DNA from: Botryllus schlosseri
Lineage: Eukaryota
Direction: 5' to 3'
DNA: 64,000 bases
Assembly (NCBI GenBank): GCA_051294905.1
Contig: CM119371.1
Location: 38,690,001 to 38,754,000, forward strand
In this document: positions 51,943-63,639 of the stretch, one piece after another
Layout of the letters: each line of letters starts with the position of its first letter
Position numbering within the stretch: the stretch's first letter is position 1
The notes under the pieces: generated by a model
Told to the model about the DNA's origin: nothing
The model's database searches: none
What the model saw: the letters and a program-made list of their open reading frames with translations, nothing else
Translations under genes and position numbers: made by a program

Positions 51943-54900
51943 GTAAGCAGCACTTTGCTCGGTCAGGGCAGACATGGACATCTAGAGAATTCCAGTTGCC
52001 TCATTAGAGTATTTCGATCGATATGCCGGTAATGTAATTAATAACTAATTTATGAAATATTTCTTTGCTGTAATTCTAATTATAGTCGATTTTATGAAAT
52101 GTTTGTATGCTCTCAATATATTATAACATTGGTCAACAAAATGAAAAAAAGAATTTTGCAGAACAACTTTAGGAGCCGTTTCTGGGGTTTTCAAGCTGAC
52201 TGATTACGAATATCACATTAGTTTTGCCTGATTGGCTCTCGAAAAGAAGTTATTATACCTTGAAAAAAGCTTAAAATCATCGTATTCAACCATGGATATT
52301 TCACTTAGTAGCAAGTAAATCTTCGATTTTCCTACTTTTATTCTGCTCATAAGCAGAGATGGGCGGATTCCAGATTTTGGGAATCCGTATCCGTCCTGAT
52401 CCGACAGTCAAATAGGATTTCGGAGTCCGACAGTGGAGCAACAAAATTAGGATCCGAAAAAATCCTGCTATTGCTTTAGTGCTATTTCACATTAAATATA
52501 GCCTGCAAAACAGATATGAACATTATAATCAACAAATTAGTATCACGTAATGCCTCACAAGGGTTTATTTAAATCACATTTCAAATCAATAATGTCAAGT
52601 GCAGTATATATCTTGAATATAAATGCGAGTAGTAGGAACTAGGCAGGGGAAATGAGCTAAAAAGACTGTGAGAACAGAGAAAGCAATATTAGTTGCTTTA
52701 CGGAGAGGGTAAACATAGTAACCCAGGCATGCCATGATGCCAACAACAAAATCAGATATTGTGCATTGTGACTTGGCCAAGACAGCTAGGCCTATAGTAC
52801 TACTGAAGAATGGAACTTAATTTTTACAGAACAGACGTGTATCAAACAAAATGAATGAATCAATCAAAATGATTACTTGATAGAGCAGCAATGAATAGGA
52901 AATATATATATAATATTATATAATCAGCATGATGATGTGCACAATCAATCAGAGAGTACCAGTGGTACTTCAGTTCTAGTGTGTTTCCGAAATCATAAAC
53001 ATGACCAATTGACCATGCCAGCATATATTCATCATTACCACAACACACAATCATTCCAAATGACATAAGAAATCAGAACCACCAGTTACCTCTGCATTCT
53101 GCAACAACACCGACACCTCGCTTTTCTGCCATCCTGACAACTGATATCAAGTACCCTAATGGCTGATGAACAGGAAGGATAAGAATCAATATCTGAGGAA
53201 CAACTGAATTCGAAAACAAACACTTCTGCAACTCGCTTGATGGAGCCTGCCTTCGTCCTCATCTCATCCAGCAGTAATCTCATCATTGGAGATGCACAAA
53301 CTTTACCTATGTTGCTTGCGCATTTCCACGAGGTGACAGGTGTCAGCGGTTTCAACGTTGTCATTATTGTCGGAACCAGCATGGGCTTGATCCATAGCAA
53401 TGAATGCATTTAACTACGGAAATAATATCGAAGCAGCTTTTTTCATTGAATATAAGATATCTTGAACCTTTATCACTCAATATTTGTTATGAATATCAAA
53501 TCCTGTTTAAATCCGGCTCATATGACAGTTTCAGAATCCGGCTCCGATCCGGCCACAGTAAAATTCATCAAAATCCCGGACTGTGGCCATCTCTGCTCAT
53601 AAGTAGATAATGGACTATAATGAACACTCACGTTGTTCTCAGTCATTCTATCAATATTACCATGACCTGATGCGAGAACTTTGTTTGTTAAACAAGCAGT
53701 TTGGCAAGCCTAAAACTTGTACTTTTGCACAATGGACATATTTTCTTCTGTACCAATTGCACATTCTACCAAGATCATAGAGAAGTATAAAGCTTGTCCC
53801 TCGAATGCTTCACCGAAATACTCATATGCGTCTCATCTCTTTTCACTTGTAAATGTGTATATAAAGTGGGAATACCTAGTATCCATATCAAACGAGAAGT
53901 TTGAAACTGGAATCTTTGATGGATCTCAGATTCAAATACAAACTAAGGATTACAATTTAGTATTGAGAATGGTGCTAACTGCATGGAATTCTCTCTATGA
54001 TGTGGTAAATAAAACTTTTTGAAAATCACAAAGCACCCAACTACAAGCAGTTAGTCCGAGAATTGGTAACGGGATATGTAAATCTCACGTCCTGCTTGGT
54101 GATCTTGATATATTTGCTGATAATATTGTGAATTAGAGGGGATAGAAAGAGGAAACGTTCCACCGATACATCAAAATAACAAAAGAAATATATCAGTGCA
54201 GATGCGACGAAGATATTATGGCAGACTATTAGTGGAATCTTTCAAAAAACTGCACTACATTCTTTCAAACCGAAAATAGCACAAGAACGAATTTTGCTTT
54301 AGGATAAGTTGCTAATAATATATACCAACTGAATATATTGAATTTGAAATGCGGCGTTGACATAAAACTGATTCAATTAATGCAACATTATTTGAGTATC
54401 TTGATAAATACCTATATACATGATTGAAGTTTATTTGTGTACATGATATCCGTGAAAGTCTCCAATTATATGATTAATAAAACACCCTGAAATGTTATTA
54501 TGTTGATGTATTTTGATTTAATACAGTATTCAGAGTGTTAAAATAACAAGTAGATTGAATTTCCGAACTTTATACTACGACTAGCTCGATTTTTCATGTA
54601 GCCCATACAGCGAAAAATGAGATTTTAGTCAAAAGACCCCATGCATTATCTCCAAAAATAGCGCCAATTTGAAAAAATATAAGGCCATATTCAGAATCAG
54701 TGCCCTTCAGAACCCCCAAAACCACTCTTTCTTAGTCTGCCTAAAAATATGTGTTAACCCGTGTAATTAAATTTCCTGTTTCCATGTGAATCGAGCTGTG
54801 CCTGCTTTGCAGACATTTGATATTCTCATGCGTATAAGAAGGAATTATGATTTGATATGATCTAAATTTGATTTAACGTAAAGGTTTTCAAGAATTCAAT

Positions 54901-57900
54901 AATTCCAATTATAATCTAGTTTAGCGAAAACCGTTTAGCTATAAATCTAATTATAATCTAATTTGGAAACGCCTAAAGTTTCCAGTTGTCAGAGTCTGGT
55001 TCAGTAAAGCCAGCGTAACTTAAACTATAGACTGTGTTTTGATTAAGGAACGCGTGGCGATGACAGCAAAATAGCGAGCGGATCGAATGCATTAACGGGG
55101 CAATTTCCATCGATGGCGCATCTACAGATTGATGGGGACTTCGCATGCGCCGCTGTTGTGATAGCCGACATGGCCGCTCTGACTGCAGCAAGCTGTATCA
55201 ACAACAGGTAGCTTGTGTGCTGTGTTCTCAAAGCTTACCTCTATGATTAACGTGTTGACTTTACAGCATACACGGCCTAGTCGTTATGAGTAAGTGTAAT
55301 ACATTCCGGTTTTTACAACATTTTCGTCCTGTTTGTGATAGTTAATAAATCATTTCATGTTGCTTATAGCAACGAAGGTATTTTGGGTCACGAGCTATCT
55401 CATTTCACCAACCAATACGAACTTATCGATTAACTTTGTAGCGTACTGCATGACATTCCCGATATCAGTCTATTTGTCATGAAACGCGTATACGGCATCA
55501 TGGTGAAACTGCGAAATCGACAATTATTCGTGATCGACTACTCTGTGTATACAATCGATATCTTTGTAAAAAAATATAATTACTGAATTTGTTCAGTTCA
55601 AAAGGCCTATGGAATTGGTGGCCAACCTTTTTTCGATTCACGGACGCATTTCGACTACTCATGATGCCTACGGCCGCATTCCAGGGAATTGTCGTAATGA
55701 ACTAGCTGGACGCCAAATACCCTTATTAAAGTGTCTAAGTCCATTTCCGGTGAACTTCGAACTAATCTATTTAATCGTAATAGGCATACGCACCGACATC
55801 GCGAGTGGTCACTGGCCATGGTCATGTTATGGGATTCGCCTATAGTCGCACGAAGCCTACGGACAGTCGGACAATTACCACTCGATATAGCCGACGTATA
55901 TCGATATGGGTTGGTCGGAACCCTCAAAATAGTATGTTCAACAGCAATAGCACATATATTTCGTCAGAGGAGCTATTTCTACCCTATATTTTCAATTGTC
56001 AATGTCATTTCACTATGACGTCATAATTGAATACTCGTGACGTCACGGATTTGAAAAAAGAACATAAAAAACAAAAGAACATGTTTTAAATTAGGACTTT
56101 GTTTTAAACATGTTTGTTTGAAATTGATTTTTGTTCTAAATGCAACTCTAGTTATATCAATATATTAACATTGGAAACGTCAAAATATGTGAACTTCACA
56201 CATTACTTATTATTATATTGAAAGCATCAGTAATGTTCTTCGATGCGTCTTAAGAAGCGAATCATCCACATTTAGTCGCGCAGCTGATAAATATATCAGG
56301 TTAATTATACAGTGACTCGAAATGACATGCATAACGAAGCGAATCAATTCGAGACACTATCATGTATACTTCTAGACCGCGCGGTTGGGCAAACAAACAC
56401 AGAACTCATTGTTTGCAGGCTGGTAGTGTTGTGGTAGCTGAAGATTTTTTTATTTCAGAGTGTACAGCCGGGAAACGTGGAAGGTTGTCGCTGGAACCAC
56501 CGCACGATCTCCAACCGATGAGCCAAACGGATTTGTTTTCGGAATGCACGGCCCACCGATACAGCATCTTCATTACGATAATTGTACTCGTCAAAACAAC
56601 ATTGCGATACTATTCCTTGAAGTGAGACATTTTGGTACCGCAGGATTGACTCCTAGATGGCGTGAGCAGCAGATGTGATCAAAGTACATAGCAAGCGTTT
56701 GTACTCAAGTATAGGAGTAGAAGTATTACAATAAAAATCCACTCTATTATAATAAGAAGAAGTGGCGAGCTTTAAAACATGCCATAATAACTTCAAATTG
56801 AAGTAAAAAATTGAGGCATCAAAAGTACTTTAGTAAAGAATTTCAAGAAGTAGATTAGGTCATGGGACTACGCACTTTCAGCCAGTAATCGATATGTTGA
56901 TGACGACATCAAATGTCACGAAATATTTTAGAATCCTTTGTCCGAGATGGCCTAAATCAGTGTTTCCCAAACCTCTTTTAGCTACCGCCCCTTTGGGCAA
57001 CGAATAAAGTTATAAAATGCCTACTAAAATATTATTACTACATGGACTAGATAAAAAAAAATCATAATTTATTTTTAGTTCGTTGTTGATGCGATTGCCC
57101 AGCCTAAAATCCCAACGTATTTGAAAGGTTTCAACTGCTAAACATCACAGATAGGTAAAGCGGGAATGACTTTCAGATCACGAATGTAATTTCACATTGG
57201 TCACTACAGCAAGATAATAACTTTTAGTGCTGTAGTTCGAAAACCGATTCGCGCGTGTTAAGTTGATATTTTATCTCTGTGTGCAGAAGTAGCCTATTTA
57301 TAACATCTATAAATTTAAGTGGGGGAGTATTTGAAGCTAACATGTTTATGACGCTGTCAGCATTGCGTGTCCTGGAGTGGAACCAAAACTAGGATCAGCA
57401 AAACCATATAAACCAGGGACGGGCAACTTCTCCAGTGGGCGGGCCGGATGTCGGAAAATTAAGTACTTGGCGGGCCGGATAGCTGAATCGATACATTCGC
57501 CCATTTATCCACATATACAAGGAATAAATCGCATCTAATGAATGTATTGTAACGACAGCAATGTCATTTCAAAGCCATTTCTCGCCGATAATGACGAAGA
57601 CAATGTGGATTTGGGAACACCATTGTCATACAGGTGCCGCCATGTCTGCTTATCTCTGATCAATCAACACATGGCGCAATCCTTAATTAAGATTTCGAGG
57701 CGTTCTATAAGCCCAGTCATTAGGGTAGAGTACATCGTAAATGCCGATATATTGCAAGTCTTCTCGCTTGTACGGACTTACGCGTAAGCTCCACTCTCGC
57801 ACGCATTTTCGGTTATGTCCATTCTCAGTATTGGTTTACTCGGTGTTAGTACATAACCCTCGCGGCCCTAATCCGCTGATGTTGCCCACTACATGCTTAC

Positions 57901-60900
57901 TTCGTCAAATTCTACTGAGTATATGTTATTATTTGCGTGTGTGCGGCGTGTGAGAGTGGAGCTTACGCGTACGTAACAGTTTTTCATATTGCGCTTTTCG
58001 ATATAAGAACCATGAAATGCGCAAGCAGTCTTGCTTCAGTTAGGATATTGCGGTACCTTGAGCATAACACCATGTCAACCAATTTGTTTCATTCGATCGT
58101 TTATGATTCACCATGAGCAGACAATTGGCCATCCACAACGGTAGGCCTATAAAGTAGGCTACAAGCTGTAAAATGTCTGATGATAAGCTCGCCGACAGTG
58201 CAAGATCTACGATACAAACTAAATGCAGGCTGCAAAAAACTTTTAATTTTGTGAACAATTTTGAGATTTTTTGACCTAAGGCTACACGACCTAATTTTAA
58301 TAACATGCCAAAAAATCGCCCTGCGGATCACTGATCACAAATCTTAATCTCCATCCTGTTCTCAGAATCGGAACAACCGAATTTCATACATAGGTTTGAA
58401 AATTGGTTATCAAGGTTGACCAGCTAAACAATGTTTCCGACGCATGTACAATAAGACTATTTAAAATGAATTTATTTTTAAATTGTACTGGTTACTTGAT
58501 AAAATTGTCAGGTTGCCTAATTGAAGCCTGGATACCAAATTTGGTTCGATTCCAACCAGTATCCGCATTGCTACAGGAGAAGAAAGATTTTTATTTATTA
58601 TATGAAAATAAATACAAAGAAGCCAAAATTTTCTGTTCGCCCCATGAAATTGTTAGGTTGTCTATGGAAACGATGCTCACCAAATTAGGCTCAATTCCAA
58701 CAACTGGAAGCAGAGTTATTGTCGTCGAAATATATTTGATCTGAGCGATTTGTAGTAATGCGGCGACTGGTTGGAATTGACCCAAATTTGGTGTGCAGGC
58801 TTCAATTAGGTAACCTAACAATTTTATCAAGTAGCCAGTAGAATTTGAGAAAAATTTTAATTTAAATAAAAATATTTTTTTCATATCTTCACTATATAAT
58901 CAAATACCAATAATGTGTTTTGGTTTATAGTCCTAACGTTTTGAAGTGCCACCCGTAAATGCATTTAAATGTTGAATGCGTGCCGCGAGTGAGTTTTCCC
59001 ACCTTTAGTTTAACGTATAAACACATTAGTGAGCAGTAAAATACGGAAAAAAAACGCAATTAAGTGGTCATAAAAAGCAGGCATATTTCGTCAATAGCCA
59101 ATGGTCATCTTTTCGTGTTGGATGTTTAGTATTAAATATTGATATCTGAGCATAAGCATTTCTCATTCGATTACAGATTACATTGGCCTACGTGTAAAAT
59201 CCAGTTGATTTAGTCTACAATAGGCAATTTGTGTATTGATGTTCTGACATTGTGATTGTGACAATTACTATCATACAAGTGATCCAAAACCATCCCCAAA
59301 CTACTTCGTACTCTTCCAAATCCACGGTTTCAAAAATCAGTAGATTTACCTCAAAAACTGTTCACGAACGAGGGTAGTCTGATTTAAATCTAAATCCGCT
59401 GTGACGTGGCAATTGAATATTCATGACGAAATGGCTAACAAAAAACTGTTTTGAATAAGGCCATATTTATTTTAAATCGATTTTAGCTTTAAATGAAGCC
59501 CGACCTACGCGTACATTACATTCCATTTCAGCCCGAACAGCAACATTCCGGCAGCACAGCTGTCATCCCGGCAAGCATCATACAAGGCAGGTCAGTCAAC
59601 CTGTACGACACTGTTACAATCGCAGGATGGGGCCAGACCCACGCAGGTGCAGATCTAAGGGATCAGCTACAATACATGAATACAGTGTTTCTCCCTCGAG
59701 ATCATTGCAACTCCATGCATTACGACGGCTTGCTCACCGAAGACATGACATGTACAGGAAACGAAGACATATGCCCTGTACGTAATGGATTTTACATTGT
59801 TAGATTTAACTTACAATTTCCAACTTTCTACCAGTGTTGGGATGACTCGAGTCATGACTTGACTCGAGTCAGACTCGAGTCACCTTTTTCGTATGACTTG
59901 ACTTGACTCGAGTCACTTTGCAAAAATGACTTGACTTGACTTGACTCGACGCCTCAGAAATGCGGATTGACTCGTGACTCGGAGCAAAATTCATGAGTCA
60001 ATTTCAAGTCATTAAGTAAACGGTGTCGATTAAATCACCCTATATTATGTATGTTTTGGTTGTTAGCGATACGCCGGTGTCACTTGTGAGACAAACCAGT
60101 CTTCAATAATTCTAAGTTTCACTGATCATCTATTGTTACATCACAAATAAATTGATAGCTTACGAAACCATCACACCTACGTTGTCGTAGTAGCAGTAGA
60201 TTTATCTAAACGCATCGTATCTCTGTTCCTTAGGCAGCTTAGTGCTTACATTGCGCAGTGCTCACCTTTACCAACACTCTTGTATGATTTAAATCGAACG
60301 AATATAGCTTATGCCTTTATATTCTCACAGAGGTGTAGGTGGGTAGTGCCTATTGTACCACATCAATTTGTTCAGCTTCTCGAGGCTTCGTATTCGATCC
60401 TTTATATTGGCTGATAAAATCAGACTGTAGCATGTAGCTATACAGTTACGTATTTTATTATCAGTTCTACGTGTGCGTGAGCGATACAACACCTTTTTGC
60501 AGGAATATTTCCCTTTATAATCGTCATTTGATTCAAGATAAATGGCCAATTAATCTATCCTTCACACAGCAAAATGTAAGGACTTTGGATCATCACTTAT
60601 ACTTCGAAAATTCAATTTGACTCGAATCGTGACTTGACTCGTGACTTGACTTGACTTGACTCGACTTGACTCGAGTCACCTCCAAAAAACGAGTGACTTG
60701 ACTTGACTCGAGTCACCTTAGAAAATCGATTGACTTGACTTGACTCGAGTCAAAATGTGCAATGACTCGAGATGACTCGTGACTCGAAGGTAGTGACTTG
60801 ATCCAAACACTGCTTTCTACTCAAGTAAGACCAGCATGCAGGCCAAAAATGCTTAGCGTAAAGGTACAAATTAGGGATGTGGAAGGTATTCAAGTAAGTA

Positions 60901-62857
60901 TCCACCATTGACTCGATTCGCAATTTTTTGTCGACTCGGCTGGACTCGAGGTATTTTCAGAAAAATGTATAATACTCGACTTGAGTCACTTTGTGTATTG
61001 ACTTAACTTGTACTCGAGTGATTGCGCGAGACTCCGCAATGTCATATGAGCCAGGACAAATCGGGTCAGAATCGATCTTTTAGACACGCCGGCCTTTCGC
61101 ACCCCGTTATCGTCATATCACTAAATGCAACAAACATCATGACTACCACAAACAACCTGAATGCAACCAGAATGCTAGCAACCCCAACTGATATTTTGAT
61201 GACACGGAAGGCTATGACTGTTGAGACAATTCTCAAATGTGGACTTCGGACTCTAAACAGTGCTACAGCTTTGATTCGGGGATAAATCGCGCGAAGCGCG
61301 AAAAAAAAACTCAATTGACTGCAGCTTCGCGCCCCCTTTCAGTTGCTTTCACGCCCTCCAGTTTGAGATTCACTGCTGTAAAAATTGGACATGGTCAATG
61401 TGTAGCCATCGTTTGTAGTCAAGTAGAAGTAGAAATAGCGATTTCCAATTAGGTAAGTGAGGATGCCTTCTCACGACTGAACGAGAAGAACTAATAATAT
61501 TACGTCAATACGTTTTCTTTTTGTAAATATCTTTTAGTTGCCGTTGTTGTTGTTTGATATTGGTGCTCAACTTCTAATGGCATTTTGCACAAGATCTGTG
61601 ATGAGAGTATCATGTACTCATGCTAGATGATTGACCAGTAATGTTCCCCAGCAGAAACGAAAGCTAAGCGGTCACTAATTTGCTCCAGTGAATCCTGTCG
61701 AGAGCCTTCATATTTGTGCAGTAATGTTCAACTGTTTATGGTACGCCACTACATTCGCAGTGACCGGTGTCGTGGACCCCCCATTCTATGCAGATGCGAG
61801 TTCCATTTTTCCAAGTTCACAGCAAAATATCACTCGTAAAGATGATGAGACACGCACCAAAATCATTTTCTACTTCGCAAAATCTCAACATCGATAGTTT
61901 TGTCTCAAAAACAGCGGTGGAAGCGGGAGTAGTGTATACTAACATTTGAGTAGGTGGTGCAAGTAGGCGAAACTGAATCAAGTACTCCTACTTTTTTGAA
62001 GTACTACACTAGGTCTGCATATATAGGTCTTCATTGCTCATTATTTTTACTTACTTATAAATGACTTGCCCTTCTGGTACTTGAGCAGATATTTACGTCT
62101 ATACTTCTAAATCCATTCGGGTACTTTACCGCAGTGCGATTATTTTTTTAGTGATGTTATTGATGTGTAATTTGACTCCAGAAGGTTGCTCGTTTACTTC
62201 GCTGCGTATTATTTCTTATTCCGTCGGACCTGACTAACTCACGCATATGAAAATGACATAACACGCGGCAGCCTGCCTTGTAGACACACAGAGATCACGA
62301 CACGACGAGGATTTGTTCTAACAGCCCCACAAATATAGGCTTTATTGAATCAGATATATTTTCGACTGTAATTATTATATCATAACATGAACAAATGTAT
62401 CCATATCAATTCGAGAGTATTACAGCGTGGCATTTCTTACAATGTTTTCGTGTGAAGCACGAAGTCTGATCCACTGTTTCTTGGGAGTGTTGATAACTTC
62501 ATATAAAGCATGATGATTTGTCTGCAATCTTTTCTTCCGACTTTCAAGGTGGGCTACGAATATATTCCGTTATAGGTACAAACGATAACTAATTTGATAG
62601 CCCTGCTCTTCGGATATAAAGATCAATATTTTAATAATATCTGTAATATATAATAATGTTTAATTCAGGGAGATATCGGCGGCCCGATGTACGCAGGGAC
62701 CGGGCAATCTAACGAACTGATTGGCATCGCAGTGAGAGAGAGCACGTGCACCGCCGACGGGGTTCCGGGAGTATTCATCGATTTACGAAACGATGACATT
62801 TACAACTTTATATATTGGAATTGTTTGCGCTGCGGTCTCACGGCGCCGATTGCTTGA
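51888..62857 (+). CDS. Gene B: secreted trypsin-like serine protease homolog (S1A pseudoprotease), 5 exons, 270 aa
   Basis: Exons 51888-51942, 55048-55207, 56459-56621, 59532-59777, 62669-62857. GT..AG introns with phases 1,2,0,0; 813 nt in frame. Protein: MKFVQATRWVAVVFLLVAG, TRGDDSK|IASG, GQFPSM, FACAAVVI, LTAASC (His57 = Ser), WKVVAG, QNNIAILFL (Asp102 = Asn), TIAGWG, EDICPGDIGGPM (Ser195 = Ile). Confidence 0.9.
52127..54763 (+). mobile_element. Chapaev3-like (CMC) DNA transposon relic in intron 1 of gene B
   Basis: Termini CATTGGTCAACA / TGTTAACCCGTG with TAA on both sides. Decayed transposase motifs SVPIAHS, ISNEKFETGIFDGSQI, AWNSLYDVV, KAPNYKQLV, ETFHRYIK...YQCR...IMADY*W. The superfamily name comes from recalled motifs. 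Confidence 0.7.
52354..53595. mobile_element. hAT-type non-autonomous element nested in the Chapaev relic
   Basis: TIR CAGAGATGG / CCATCTCTG, perfect 8-bp TSD CTCATAAG, ATCCG subterminal repeats. Confidence 0.88.
55048..55207 (+). CDS. Gene B exon 2 (K|IASG to LTAASC)
   Basis: GTRGDDSKIASGSNALTGQFPSMAHLQIDGDFACAAVVIADMAALTAASCINN; donor AG|GTAGCT. Confidence 0.85.
56459..56621 (+). CDS. Gene B exon 3
   Basis: VYSRETWKVVAGTT...IQHLHYDNCTRQNNIAILFLE; acceptor TTTTTTATTTCAG, donor GTGAGA. Confidence 0.88.
58395..58870. repeat. Foldback-like array of ~110-bp subrepeats with an inverted last unit
   Basis: 58470-58575 is the imperfect reverse complement of 58750-58860; related units at about 58400, 58645 and 31490-31740. 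Confidence 0.65.
59532..59777 (+). CDS. Gene B exon 4
   Basis: PEQQHSG...VTIAGWGQT...DQLQYMNTVFLPRDHCNSMHYDGLLTEDMTCTGNEDICP; acceptor TTCCATTTCAG, donor GTACGT. Confidence 0.88.
59832..60812. mobile_element. hAT MITE with GACTCGAGTC/GACTT-rich subtermini, in intron 4 of gene B
   Basis: TIR CAGTGTTGGGAT / ATCCAAACACTG; perfect 8-bp TSD CTTTCTAC. Confidence 0.9.
62669..62857 (+). CDS. Gene B exon 5
   Basis: GDIGGPMYAGTGQSNELIGIAVRESTCTADGVPGVFIDLRNDDIYNFIYWNCLRCGLTAPIA*; acceptor TTTAATTCAG. Confidence 0.9.
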   Translation, partial: GDIGGPMYAGTGQSNELIGIAVRESTCTADGVPGVFIDLRNDDIYNFIYWNCLRCGLTAPIA

Positions 62858-62937
62858 AAATATTTTCATGTTTGATTTGATGCAATACTGCAATCTCGAT
62901 GGAAAATATCCTAGGATTGACTGTATGTTGTGAACTG

Positions 62938-62943
62938 AATAAA
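62938..62943 (+). terminator. Polyadenylation signal of gene B
   Basis: AATAAA 80 nt after the stop codon, followed by GT/T-rich sequence. Confidence 0.6.
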
Positions 62944-63287
62944 ATAAGATATTGGTATTTCTATACTATATTAATGCGATGGGATGAGCAGTGACTATAT
63001 GTACTTCTGCGTTTTCGGGGTACTCGAGCAGATTTTCATTACTTGCATTCTTGCATTCTCGATTAAAGAAATTGTTACTTGTACTTTATAAAGTTAAATA
63101 TAACTCTACCTGATTACCAACACTGAATACCATGACCTTCTCTTCACATCAAACACTATTCCATGACTTTGATACATAATAACATGCCCAAGTCGGGTTC
63201 GAATGAAGATAGCTGACAAATAGTGTAGCAACAGCAAGATGCAACTTGCATGAAGATAGCAGGCGCGTATGGCACTAACATCAACAT

Positions 63288-63639
63288 TAGGCTTACCATA
63301 TTTTGGAAATCAAAAAAGAGGACACTTTTTCAGAAATTTTCAACTGGCAAATCCGGAGTCAAATTCTCAAAAACAGGTTAATTTTTCCCACTTCGTGATC
63401 GGTTGACTGAAAAAAAAAAAAAAAAAGGTCATCTTTTCGCTCAGAGCATCACCATTTTTCACTCCGAAATACCCGCCGGAGCTTCACTTCTGTGCTACTA
63501 TGCAGCATATCACTCGCAATTTGCTCTAAATCTGCCTAAATTTTCAAAAAAGAGGACAAAATCTCAAAAAAGAGGACAAAAGGGCGTCCTCCGAGGACAC
63601 TTTCCAAAAAGTCAAAAAAGAGGACGTAGGGTAAGCCTA
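63288..63639. mobile_element. Third copy of the same hAT MITE
   Basis: TAGGCTTACC...GGTAAGCCTA; TSD ATCAACAT / AGCAACAT. Confidence 0.85.

Noticed and set aside
55043..55231. Minus-strand ORF with TTAAHA resembling the protease TAAHC motif
   Set aside because: It is the antisense shadow of gene B exon 2, which has the proper splice sites and motifs on the plus strand.
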